This document shows, one piece after another, positions 9,827 through 18,144 of a DNA stretch of 29,825 nt (positions are counted from its first letter, which is position 1; each line of letters opens with the position of its first letter). Location of the stretch: assembly GCA_964504625.1 (NCBI GenBank), contig CAZDEK010000001.1, positions 1 to 29,825 of the forward strand, given 5' to 3'. A program made the translations under genes and the position numbers. This DNA comes from an uncultured Candidatus Saccharibacteria bacterium. GTDB taxonomy: Bacteria > Patescibacteriota > Saccharimonadia > CAILAD01 > GCA-016700035. The notes under the pieces were generated by a model. It searched no databases. It was given only the letters and a program-made list of their open reading frames with translations, and was not told the origin of the DNA.

Positions 9827-9860
9827 CGCCCGTCTCTCTCAATGGCGAGAGGAACGGGCG
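9827..9860 (+). terminator. GC-rich hairpin after the orphan gene, probable terminator
   Basis: CGCCCGT..CTCTC-aatggc-GAGAG..ACGGGCG followed by TTCTCATTT. Confidence 0.55.
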
Positions 9861-9895
9861 TTCTCATTTCGGCTTCTTTGCGCTAAGATACGGCT

Positions 9896-10465
9896 ATGCA
9901 TAAGCGTGACCGATCCCATAGTCGTGATCATGACACTGATGCCCGTGAGCCAGAACTCCTTTTTGTTGAGCGGCAGTTTCCCGTAGTGCTGCGCTGGCCT
10001 CTTATCTGGGGGTTGGTGATAATTCTTGTTGGCATGGTGCCTTGGTCGATCTCTACGGCGAATGCATATTCATGGCAGCCAGTAGCTGTAAACTGGATGG
10101 CAATTGCCGGCCTCGTGCTACTTGTATACTGGGCTTATCATTTTTCGAGCTGGTGGTTTACGGTGCTGATCCTGACGGATCAAGATATTACTTACATTAA
10201 GCAAAAAGGATTCTTTCACAGGAAAGTTTCAAGCTTAACGCTCAATAATATACAGAGCGTTAATTATCATATTCCTGGTTTTCAGGGAGCATTATTTAAA
10301 TTCGGTAATCTCGATATTGAGACTTTATCTGGTAGTGGCCACTTTAAGCTGAAAACGTTTTTTAAGCCCGAGCGTCTCCAAGCCGAAATCCTTGATGCGG
10401 TCGAAAACTATGGTTCGACGGATGATGATGAGATAGTGTATGATAGCTCGGAAGAACAGCAGTAG
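9896..10465 (+). CDS. Membrane protein with a bacterial PH domain (bPH_2-like)
   Basis: Two TM helices, then 'ILTDQDITYIKQKGFF..L.NIQSV...G...FKFGNLDIET' bPH pattern. Confidence 0.8.
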   Translation: MHKRDRSHSRDHDTDAREPELLFVERQFPVVLRWPLIWGLVIILVGMVPWSISTANAYSWQPVAVNWMAIAGLVLLVYWAYHFSSWWFTVLILTDQDITYIKQKGFFHRKVSSLTLNNIQSVNYHIPGFQGALFKFGNLDIETLSGSGHFKLKTFFKPERLQAEILDAVENYGSTDDDEIVYDSSEEQQ

Positions 10466-10484
10466 GTGAGGTAAAAGGAGTAGT

Positions 10485-11588
10485 ATGGCTGATACTGACA
10501 AAAGCTCAAAACGACCGGCAAAAGGGAAGAAAAGCACTCAATCGGCTGAGCGCGCCAAAGTAAAATCGATTGCCGAGAAGGCCCCTAAGAAATCAGACAA
10601 TGCTGCGAAGTCGGAAGTGGCTAAGCCAGAAGCGAAAAAGTCAGCGGGCTTGCAGGATAAGCTGAAAAAAGTAGGTGTTAAAACCGAGCCGAATCATAAG
10701 CTGATCCTCATTTCTGGCATCTCGGCACTTGCAGCTCTCATACTGACACTGATTGTTTTTGGAGTCCTGATCTATAAGTATAAGAGCGACTCACGTCCAG
10801 TGAAAATTATGTCTTCGATCGTGCCATATCCCGTGCTGAGTGTGAATGGCAATCCGTTGTGGAATACGGCTACATATAGTGAATATCTCTTCGAGCTCAA
10901 TAGTATCAAGAAGTTTTACAGTTCACAGCAGCAAGATTTGAATAGCGATGACGGGAAGAAGCGTCTGGCCGAGCTCAAGCAAGAGCTCTTGAAGCAGCTT
11001 GAGGATAATCAAATCATAAAGCAGGAAGCTGCCAAAGAGCGGATTACTGTTACGCAGAAAGAAGTCGACGAAGAATATAATAAGTTGGTCGAAAACGCCG
11101 GCGGCCCAGATAAGGTTAAAGAAACGCTCAATAATCTGTATGGCTGGACGGTCCCACAGTTTAAAGAGAAGGTTCGGTTCAGTCTTATCCAGAAGAAGCT
11201 GGCTGACAAGATCAGTAATGATCCGGCACGCAATGGCGCTGCTAAGCAAAAAGCCGATGACCTTCTCAACCAAATTAAGGGCGGTGCGGACTTTGCTGAG
11301 CTCGCGAAGAAGAACAGTGAGGATAGCTCAGCAGCTAATGGTGGCGATCTAGGCTTCATTGAAAAGGGTCAGACGGTCCCTGAGTTTGAAGATGCCGCTT
11401 TCAAGCTCGAGCCAGGGCAGGTGAGCGGGGTGGTGAAGACGCAGTTCGGCTATCACATCATCAAGGCTACGGAAAAGAAAGATGATAAGGTGCGCGTGTC
11501 TCATATCCTCATTAAGGGTGTGGATCTCGAGAGTTGGCTGCAGCAGCAGCGTGACAAAGCCAAGATATCAGTGTACTTTAAACCATAA
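10485..11588 (+). CDS. PrsA/SurA-like foldase (parvulin-type PPIase), membrane anchored
   Basis: Lys-rich N-tail, one TM helix, SurA-N-like helical domain, parvulin motifs 'DFAELAKKNSED..GGDLG...VPEFEDAAF...KTQFGYHII'; AGGAG SD. Confidence 0.92.
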   Translation: MADTDKSSKRPAKGKKSTQSAERAKVKSIAEKAPKKSDNAAKSEVAKPEAKKSAGLQDKLKKVGVKTEPNHKLILISGISALAALILTLIVFGVLIYKYKSDSRPVKIMSSIVPYPVLSVNGNPLWNTATYSEYLFELNSIKKFYSSQQQDLNSDDGKKRLAELKQELLKQLEDNQIIKQEAAKERITVTQKEVDEEYNKLVENAGGPDKVKETLNNLYGWTVPQFKEKVRFSLIQKKLADKISNDPARNGAAKQKADDLLNQIKGGADFAELAKKNSEDSSAANGGDLGFIEKGQTVPEFEDAAFKLEPGQVSGVVKTQFGYHIIKATEKKDDKVRVSHILIKGVDLESWLQQQRDKAKISVYFKP

Positions 11589-11608
11589 GCAAGTAGTGGA
11601 GGGTAGGC

Positions 11609-11862
11609 GTGGATACGTCACCACAATCGGCAGAGGGAAATAGTAGCATACCTCAGCCATCTGGCGTGACGGACAATCCTGCTGTTGAGGCAACACCCCA
11701 GGGAGCACTCAGTGGGCACACTGTGGATTCGGGCCCAGTATATCGCAGCTAGCAAGGCGGAATTACACGAGCTTTATGCTGCAAGCAACTTTAGAAAATA
11801 AGCAAGACAAACAAATTAAGTCAGGTACTTCTGATACGTACGAAATAGTGAATAAGCAGTAA
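11609..11862 (+). pseudogene. Possible frameshifted or internally deleted gene remnant
   Basis: GGAGGG SD + GTG opens a 47-aa ORF (11609-11752); a second frame (open 11689-11862) ends in protein-like 'NYTSFMLQATLENKQDKQIKSGTSDTYEIVNKQ*'. Confidence 0.4.
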
Positions 11863-11914
11863 GCCTGCACTTAGTGTAAGGACTGTATGATACACTCTTT
11901 ACAGAGAAGAGTGT

Positions 11915-12667
11915 ATGGATCCCTTTAACCCACAGCATTTTTTACAAGATTTCGGCTTCGGCGAGTCAGAAGCAGAGGTGTATTTAGCGGTCCTAGGTGG
12001 AGCTCAATCACCCCGTGAGGTTATCATGATGACTGGGCGCAGTCGCCCCACCGTGTATCAGTCCCTAGCCGGTCTCGCCGAAAAGGGACTCATAGAAGAA
12101 GTGGGATCTGGCGAATCTCTGAGATATCAAGCAGCTAGCTTGGATAGCTTATCGGTGATGCTGAGTGAGCGTGAGGCAAAACTTGCTCATCTCCAAGGTG
12201 CATTACACGAGTTTACGAGACGGTTCGCAGCACCTACGACATTTGATCGACGACCCAATGTTACCGTATTAGAGGGGAATGCAGCAGTGCGCCGAGCCGT
12301 TGCGGAGAGTCTCTACAGCCACGGTCGTGAAGTTTTGATTTTACTGCCTCGCGAAACATATCTAGAGCGATTAGGCGCTGGCTATTTAGAGCAATATTTT
12401 GATTTAGTGAATAGTTTAGGGCTACGTGGAGAAATCTTGATAGCCCCTGGCGTACTCGATCGCATTGGTGAGCTCAAAGGTGTTTTGCAGCAGTATACTC
12501 TCAATCGTGCACTAGCAGATCGCATGACTACGAGCTTCATTATCTATGATGATGTTGTGCTGAACATCACGAATCTACCAGGAGGATATGGCTGGAAGGT
12601 AGTTTCTCGTGAGGTAGCCGACTCCAGCCGTGCCCTTCTAATGGCGGCAATAGTCGCAAGAGATTAA
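11915..12667 (+). CDS. TrmB-family transcriptional regulator (wHTH plus degenerate PLD-like effector domain)
   Basis: 'LQDFGFGESEAEVYLAVL', 'SRPTVYQSLAGLAEKGLI' TrmB HTH; C-terminal 'FIIYDDVV'. Confidence 0.85.
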   Translation: MDPFNPQHFLQDFGFGESEAEVYLAVLGGAQSPREVIMMTGRSRPTVYQSLAGLAEKGLIEEVGSGESLRYQAASLDSLSVMLSEREAKLAHLQGALHEFTRRFAAPTTFDRRPNVTVLEGNAAVRRAVAESLYSHGREVLILLPRETYLERLGAGYLEQYFDLVNSLGLRGEILIAPGVLDRIGELKGVLQQYTLNRALADRMTTSFIIYDDVVLNITNLPGGYGWKVVSREVADSSRALLMAAIVARD

Positions 12668-12676
12668 ACCTGAAAT

Positions 12677-12703
12677 AAAAACTACCATCTATGGGACGGT
12701 AGT
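12677..12703 (-). terminator. Intrinsic terminator for tRNA-Asp (may also serve the convergent TrmB gene)
   Basis: ACTACC..GGTAGT hairpin preceded by an A-run (U-tail on the minus strand). Confidence 0.55.
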
Positions 12704-12715
12704 CACAATAATTGC

Positions 12716-12792
12716 TGGCGGGCCCGACCGGATTCGAACCGGCGATCTCCTCCGTGACAGGGAGGCATGTTAGGCCTCTACACCACGGGCCC
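12716..12792 (-). tRNA. tRNA-Asp(GTC)
   Basis: GGGCCCG/CGGGCCC acceptor, anticodon arm CCTCC-CT GTC AC-GGAGG, GGTTCGAATCC, G discriminator + CCA. Confidence 0.96.
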
Positions 12793-13048
12793 GCGTAGTG
12801 AAGTAACTTGGCTATTTTAGCATTAAGTCATCGATGAGACAATAAGTCGATAGTAGGAGCGCATACAATTTGTATGACTCTGAATACAAAAAATACTTGG
12901 AATAGTACAATCCCAAATAGCGACTACTAAATGTATTCAGAATGATGTTCACAAATAGTAGTCAGCGGTCAGAATATAGCTAGAACACGGCCTGTTATTA
13001 GGTTGAGGGGCGCAAGAGCCTATGCTAAAATTTGTCGGTAGGGTACAA

Positions 13049-13122
13049 GCGGGTATCGTTTAATGGCAGGATGCGACCTTCCCAAGGTTGAGATACGGGT
13101 TCGATTCCCGTTACCCGCTCCA
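13049..13122 (+). tRNA. tRNA-Gly(CCC)
   Basis: GCGGGTA/TACCCGC acceptor, CGACC-TT CCC AA-GGTTG, GGTTCGATTCC, TCCA end. Confidence 0.96.
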
Positions 13123-13125
13123 AAT

Positions 13126-13202
13126 GCCGATGTAGCTCAGTTGGCCAGAGCAATGCTTTCGTAAAGCAGAGGTCGGCGGTTCGAATCCGCCCATCGGCTC
13201 CA
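13126..13202 (+). tRNA. tRNA-Thr(CGT)
   Basis: GCCGATG/CATCGGC acceptor, anticodon loop TT CGT AA, GGTTCGAATCC, TCCA end; one A.G mismatch at the top of the anticodon stem. Confidence 0.94.
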
Positions 13203-13243
13203 GTACTTACGCATCCACTTTTCCTGGTATACTGAAGGGGATT

Positions 13244-13624
13244 ATGGCCCCGTCTCGAGTACGCTCATCCCGCCGATCTGGACTTTGGCAAAACAACTGG
13301 TTAATAAGCCTAGTAGTTCTCATTATGCTTATTAATCTCGCATTAACAGTATTTATGGTTTTTTCAGTGAGGCCAGTGATGAAATCGGTACCCATTAGGT
13401 ATACCAGCCTGACAAATTTTGATGTGCTAGGCTCTTGGCTTATGCTGTATAGTTTACCGGTGATGAGCTGGTTGATTACCGGTGTGAATGTATACCTAGC
13501 TGGAGGTGTGTATCAGCGCAGTCGTATTACTAGCGTTGTGCTCATTGTGGCAAGCCTAGTATTTACATTGTTGGCAGCACAAACGGCAATATTCTTTATT
13601 GGAGTAGGTTATGGCCCGCGTTAA
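13244..13624 (+). CDS. Small three-TM membrane protein of unknown function
   Basis: Three hydrophobic helices with a 'VPIRYT...D.LGSW..LY.LP' loop; overlaps the downstream GT2 gene; TGgTATACT promoter. Confidence 0.75.
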   Translation: MAPSRVRSSRRSGLWQNNWLISLVVLIMLINLALTVFMVFSVRPVMKSVPIRYTSLTNFDVLGSWLMLYSLPVMSWLITGVNVYLAGGVYQRSRITSVVLIVASLVFTLLAAQTAIFFIGVGYGPR

Positions 13625-15320
13625 TAGCTTGACCGGCTCGCATGTCAAAGCTCGCTATGGGATTGTGCGACTACTCGAAATTATCCCTGGGCTGGCAACT
13701 TGGCTCACGGTGTTTCTGCCAATAATCTTGGCAATATATCAGCCGGTTGTGGTGGCATACTTCATTATTGCGTACGATCTGTACTGGTTACTCAAGTCGT
13801 TTCGTATGAGCGCGGCTTTACTAGTAGGGCATCGGCGTTTACGCATACAAACTCATATTGACTGGACGGCGCGTCTACAGCGCCTTCAGGCTGCTAGTGA
13901 ACAGACAATTGATGATTTAGCGGCTGAGATTGAAGCCGATAAGTCACGACTAGGTTGGCGCTGGATGGTATCGCGGCGCTTGCGGCGTCAGCATGAGCTC
14001 ATGAATCAGAAGATTGTCGAGCTTGATAATCTCCGGAACTATGTAAGCTCGAAACGCATAACGAGGCCTGATGATGTTATTCATGTGGTAATACTTGCCA
14101 CATATAATGAAACACTCGAGACGCTGAGACCCTCTCTGCGAGCCCTAAGTAATGTCCACTATGATCTCTCAAAGATCTGGTTTGTCGTGGCTTACGAAGA
14201 ACGGGGAGGTGAGCAGGATAAAGCGAGAGTAATGACCCTCAAGGAGGAATTTGGTAGTCGGTTTGGTAAATTCCTCCTCTATCAACATCCAGATGGGGTA
14301 GTTGGTGAGGTTAAAGGTAAGGGTGCGAACATCACGCATGCCGGACGGCAAGTCCTCCAGCTAATTCAGAACAGCAAAATCGATATCAAAGATGTAATTG
14401 TTACTACGCTTGACGCTGATCATCGACCAGACCCAGCTTATTTCCAGCATCTTACCTACGCTTTTATTACGTCAGATACGCCGAAGCTGTATGCATATCA
14501 ACCGATTCCGATGTTTTTCAATAATATCTGGGATGTGCCTGCACCTATGCGTGTCCTTGCGACTGGAAACTCGTTCTGGGTGATCATTAACTCTGTGCGA
14601 CCTCATTTATTGCGTAATTTTGCTGCTCATGCGCAACCCTTAGAAGCCTTGATTGAGACTGATTTCTGGTCAGTGAATACCATCGTTGAAGATGGACATC
14701 AGTTCTGGCGGAGCTTTTTCAGGTTTGACGGCCAATACCGTGTCGAGCCAATATATGCACCTATCTATCAGGATGCTACCTTGGCCTCAGGGTATTTTCG
14801 AACATACAAGAATCAATATCTTCAGCTCCAACGTTGGGCGTATGGAGTTTCTGATATCCCTTATGTAGCTATTCAGAGTGCTCGTCATCCTAAGATTCCT
14901 TTGGGATCCCGGATTGTGAATATGTGGCGTTTATTTGAGGGGCATTACTCATGGGCGACGGCTCCATTGATTCTGACGTTTGTAGCTTGGTTGCCGCTCT
15001 ATTTGAACCCAACCTTTAAATATACTGTCTTAGCGCATCAGTTACCGATTATCGCCAGCCAGATCATGACAATTGCGCTACTTGGTATGTTCATTACGAT
15101 CTGGCTGTCGATTTTGTCTTTGCCGCAGAGGCCTAAGCATGTCAAGAAAATTAAAAATGTTGTCATGATATTGCAGTGGGTGCTCTTGCCGGTGGTGGCA
15201 CTGAGTTTTGGGGCTCTTGCGGCAATTGACGCTCAGACACGCCTCATGCTTGGTAGATATTTAGGTTTTCGAGTGACGGAGAAGGCGACGAAGCATATTG
15301 ATGCGGAAACTACAGCATGA
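13611..15320 (+). CDS. Membrane-bound GT2 (GT-A fold) glycosyltransferase, processive type
   Basis: 'LATYNE', 'KGANI', DAD ('TLDADH'), 'IVEDG', Q-x-x-R-W ('QLQRWAYG'), N- and C-terminal TM helices. Confidence 0.9.
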   Translation: MARVNSLTGSHVKARYGIVRLLEIIPGLATWLTVFLPIILAIYQPVVVAYFIIAYDLYWLLKSFRMSAALLVGHRRLRIQTHIDWTARLQRLQAASEQTIDDLAAEIEADKSRLGWRWMVSRRLRRQHELMNQKIVELDNLRNYVSSKRITRPDDVIHVVILATYNETLETLRPSLRALSNVHYDLSKIWFVVAYEERGGEQDKARVMTLKEEFGSRFGKFLLYQHPDGVVGEVKGKGANITHAGRQVLQLIQNSKIDIKDVIVTTLDADHRPDPAYFQHLTYAFITSDTPKLYAYQPIPMFFNNIWDVPAPMRVLATGNSFWVIINSVRPHLLRNFAAHAQPLEALIETDFWSVNTIVEDGHQFWRSFFRFDGQYRVEPIYAPIYQDATLASGYFRTYKNQYLQLQRWAYGVSDIPYVAIQSARHPKIPLGSRIVNMWRLFEGHYSWATAPLILTFVAWLPLYLNPTFKYTVLAHQLPIIASQIMTIALLGMFITIWLSILSLPQRPKHVKKIKNVVMILQWVLLPVVALSFGALAAIDAQTRLMLGRYLGFRVTEKATKHIDAETTA

Positions 15321-16372
15321 TATATTTTGTAGCCTTTTTAGCAAGCTTTCTTCTCGTTCTTATCATGACCCCTTGGGTGAAAAGTCTCTCTGAGAGGATA
15401 GGAGCCGTTGACCACCCAGCGGAAGCTGCCCGGAAAGTTCACCAAAAAATCATGCCACGTGCAGGGGGAATTGCAATTGCAAGCGCGTTCGTTATTCTCA
15501 GCTTGATTCTGTTTCCAGGCGCGCCTACCCAGGCATATTGGGGGGCATTAACGGCGAGCTTAATGGTTTTTGCGATCGGCCTGGTCGATGATATTCACCG
15601 CTTAAGTCCATGGGTGAAGTTGGTAGGGCAGTTTGGAGCTGCCTTGGTAGCGATTGTTGGGTTTGGGTTGTGGGTTGAAGTAATTTCGAATCCATTAGGG
15701 CAGCAAATCGCCTTAAACGCTACGCGGATTACATTTTTCCGCACAGCCATTCCTCTTGGCTCAATGCTTTTCAGCCTCATCTGGCTTGTAGGTATGACGA
15801 ATACTATTAACTTCCTAGATGGACTGGACGGCTTGGCGAGTGGAGTGAGTGCGATTGCCGCGCTCATCCTGTTCTTGGTGTCGATTAGTCCCAAAATAAA
15901 TCAGCCTGCAACAGCAATTCTTGCACTGATTTTGCTTGGCGCTAGTCTTGGTTTCCTGCGTTATAATTTCTTTCCAGCAAAGATCTTTCTGGGTGACAGT
16001 GGCGCCTATTTTCTCGGGATGATGCTGGGTAGCTTGGCGATTATCTCAGGTGCTAAGCTTGCAACTGCATTACTTGTTCTTGGCGTGCCAGTCATCGATG
16101 CTCTTTGGTCAGTTGTCCGTCGGCTTGCGAAGGGAAAGTCGCCCTTTTCGGCTGATCGTGGTCATTTCCACTACATCTTACTCGATGCAGGCCTGAGTCA
16201 GCGGCAATCTGTACTGGTGATTTATGGTCTCGCTTTAGCTTTTGGATTGGTGGCATTGATCGGTGGGGGGATGACAAAACTCTTGGCTCTCATTACATTA
16301 GCGATTATTGTTGCTCTTCTGATGGTGGCATTTACTTTGGCGCGCCGCCGCCGCGAGCGTCGCTCAGCTTAA
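15317..16372 (+). CDS. Undecaprenyl-phosphate alpha-N-acetylglucosaminyl-1-phosphate transferase (WecA/TagO, MraY-like family)
   Basis: 'RKVH...PRAGGIA', 'GLVDD', 'NTINFLDGLDGL', 'IFLGDSG', 'DRGHFHY'. Confidence 0.92.
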   Translation: MIYFVAFLASFLLVLIMTPWVKSLSERIGAVDHPAEAARKVHQKIMPRAGGIAIASAFVILSLILFPGAPTQAYWGALTASLMVFAIGLVDDIHRLSPWVKLVGQFGAALVAIVGFGLWVEVISNPLGQQIALNATRITFFRTAIPLGSMLFSLIWLVGMTNTINFLDGLDGLASGVSAIAALILFLVSISPKINQPATAILALILLGASLGFLRYNFFPAKIFLGDSGAYFLGMMLGSLAIISGAKLATALLVLGVPVIDALWSVVRRLAKGKSPFSADRGHFHYILLDAGLSQRQSVLVIYGLALAFGLVALIGGGMTKLLALITLAIIVALLMVAFTLARRRRERRSA

Positions 16373-16429
16373 CGCTTGATTGACCAAAAAGCTGATTTTT
16401 GCTAGGATTAACCTCAAGAGGGAGCACCG

Positions 16430-16783
16430 TTGAGTCCAAAAGCATTGCAGGAATTGATTAATAATCTCAGGGTTTTCTACCGATGCCCATCTTGTAGTGC
16501 TGAGTATCAATCAAAGGATATTCGCTTTTTGGGTAAGGTGGAGGAGCATTGCTTCATGCAGCTCAACTGCCAAAAGTGCTCTCTACCCGTGCTTGCAACA
16601 GTGCTCTTGAGCCATGAGCTCAATGTACCGAAACGGAATCGCCGGAAAGTTCAGTCAAGAGCCAGACTCGGAGCTGATCTATCGAGACGCGAGCGCAGCC
16701 GTTTTCAGGCTAAGGGAGCAATTAGCGCTAGCGAGATCGCTGAGTTTTATGCGTTCTTGCAGACTGACGGCGGCAAAGTCTAA
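16430..16783 (+). CDS. Hypothetical zinc-ribbon protein
   Basis: CPSC...CQKC pairs; TTG start with GGAG SD; TGcTAGGAT promoter upstream. Confidence 0.75.
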   Translation: MSPKALQELINNLRVFYRCPSCSAEYQSKDIRFLGKVEEHCFMQLNCQKCSLPVLATVLLSHELNVPKRNRRKVQSRARLGADLSRRERSRFQAKGAISASEIAEFYAFLQTDGGKV

Positions 16784-16827
16784 GTTTTTCGCTGCGGCGA
16801 ATTGGAATTACTACTAAAGGAGTTTTT

Positions 16828-17481
16828 ATGGAAAGTCAACGCTTGAGCGTTGCCCCACGCGAAGAGAAGGGGAAGGCCACCAAGCGCCTCCGGGCCGAAG
16901 GAAAAGTGCCGGGTGTTGTTTATGGTCGTGATGTAGACTCAAAGATTGTGAGCGTTGATAATCTTGAGCTGACTCGAGTGTTTCATCGGGCTGGGCATAC
17001 TGGTCTGATCGAATTGGCTGTAGGCGAAGCGAAGCCAGTGCACGTACTTATTAGCGAGCTGCAGACAAATCATCTGGGTCGGATCCAACACGTTGATTTT
17101 CACCAGGTTAAGATGGATGAAATTGTGCGAACTGAAGTTCCGATCCGTTTGGTGGGTGAACCACCGGCTGTCTTCAATTTGGGCGGCTCACTTGTTCAAG
17201 TATTAGAAGAAGTAGAGGTTGAGGCATTGCCAGCTGATCTCCCATCAGCCCTTGAGCTTGATGTGTCTGGTCTCGAAGAGCTTGAAACTAATCTCTCGGT
17301 CGCTGATCTGAAGCTGCCCAAAGGCGTAACTCTTCTCAGTGATGAACACGATATGATCTGCAAAATCGAATCGCCTCGTACTGAAGAAGAAATGGCTGAG
17401 CTTGATGCCGAAATGGGTGAGGAAGTACCAGCTGAGGCTGCCGAAGAAGGCGCTGAAGCAGAAGCTCCTGCTGAAGAGTAA
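16828..17481 (+). CDS. rplY: 50S ribosomal protein L25/general stress protein Ctc
   Basis: 'KRLRAEGKVPGVVYG', 'IQHVDF', Ctc C-terminal beta domain, acidic tail; AAGGAG SD. Confidence 0.96.
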   Translation: MESQRLSVAPREEKGKATKRLRAEGKVPGVVYGRDVDSKIVSVDNLELTRVFHRAGHTGLIELAVGEAKPVHVLISELQTNHLGRIQHVDFHQVKMDEIVRTEVPIRLVGEPPAVFNLGGSLVQVLEEVEVEALPADLPSALELDVSGLEELETNLSVADLKLPKGVTLLSDEHDMICKIESPRTEEEMAELDAEMGEEVPAEAAEEGAEAEAPAEE

Positions 17482-17496
17482 AAGAATCTGCTGAGA

Positions 17497-17526
17497 TAAA
17501 AAAGACCCCGGCTGGGGTCTTTTTTA
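17497..17526. terminator. Bidirectional intrinsic terminator (rplY / nrdR)
   Basis: TAAAAAAGACCCC-ggct-GGGGTCTTTTTTA. Confidence 0.92.
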
Positions 17527-17575
17527 GTATTGAGTATGTACATAATGCATATGTTATAGCACATATAGTATGTAT

Positions 17576-18016
17576 TTAATACTTCGTAATCTCGGCTTTT
17601 ATATCTGATTTTGTCCGGAATTGCATGTGTGTTACAAGATAGCGCATGAATGCGTTGACATTAATTGGCTTCAGCGTTTCGAGGCATAGCCGCCGTAATA
17701 CTTCAGCACTTATCTCGTCTTGACCGCGCTGCATGATCTTCTGTTCGATCGTATCGATGACGTTTTCGACATCGGTCTCATCGAGATCTTCATAATCAAA
17801 CACCCTAAGGATGGAGCTAAATAAAAGAGAGCGCCGGTAGGGTGAAGTTTTGCTGCTGCTCACCACTTGGATAAAAGATAAATCCGGACGCTCATAGGTC
17901 GTTATGACCTTGCCACAGTTCGCACATCGACGTCGTCGCCATATCTGGCTTCCACCTCGCGTCGCGCGCGTATTTACCACCTCACTGTGGGGTGATCTGC
18001 ATTTCATGCAAACCAT
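17576..18016 (-). CDS. nrdR: NrdR-like transcriptional repressor (Zn ribbon plus divergent ATP cone)
   Basis: 'CMKC...VVNTR...IWRRRRCANCG...TTYER' N-domain; C-terminal 'LETLKPINVNAFMRY...F' matches the NrdR tail. Confidence 0.85.
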   Translation of the reverse strand: MVCMKCRSPHSEVVNTRATRGGSQIWRRRRCANCGKVITTYERPDLSFIQVVSSSKTSPYRRSLLFSSILRVFDYEDLDETDVENVIDTIEQKIMQRGQDEISAEVLRRLCLETLKPINVNAFMRYLVTHMQFRTKSDIKAEITKY

Positions 18017-18031
18017 GTCTATATATTGTCA
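18016..18031. promoter_or_regulatory. NrdR box immediately upstream of nrdR
   Basis: tgtCTATATATTGTca matches the core of the NrdR consensus acaCwAtATaTwGtgt. Confidence 0.6.
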
Positions 18032-18051
18032 TATTACTATAGGATCGTACA

Positions 18052-18099
18052 AGTGGATAACTTTAGAATGTTGTGGATAAGTGGAAAGATTTATCCGCC
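18052..18099. promoter_or_regulatory. DnaA-box cluster upstream of nrdR
   Basis: TGTGGATAA (perfect, 18072-18080), aGTGGATAA (1 mismatch, 18052-18060), TTATCCgCc (2 mismatches, 18091-18099). Confidence 0.6.
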
Positions 18100-18144
18100 A
18101 GCTATCGCTTAGTGTTCGCATTAACAGAAGAGAAACGCTTAGTG

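Noticed and set aside
11590..11880. tmRNA, RNase P or SRP RNA in the intergenic region
   Set aside because: No tRNA-like T-arm/CCA end, no GAGGAAAGTCC and no SRP loop motif; reads better as a coding remnant
12814..12955. ~46-aa minus-strand ORF between the tRNA genes
   Set aside because: No convincing start signal, and it runs through the tRNA-Asp promoter; probably spurious
17535..17565. dif/cer-like site (minus strand ATGTGCTATAA-catatgca-TTATGTACATA)
   Set aside because: 8-bp spacer, weak arm matches in an AT-rich spacer, and no strand-bias switch; cannot be supported without a lineage-specific dif model
18052..18099. DnaA boxes as the replication origin
   Set aside because: Only one perfect box, no dnaA/dnaN nearby, and gene orientation stays predominantly plus on both sides; kept as a regulatory site only
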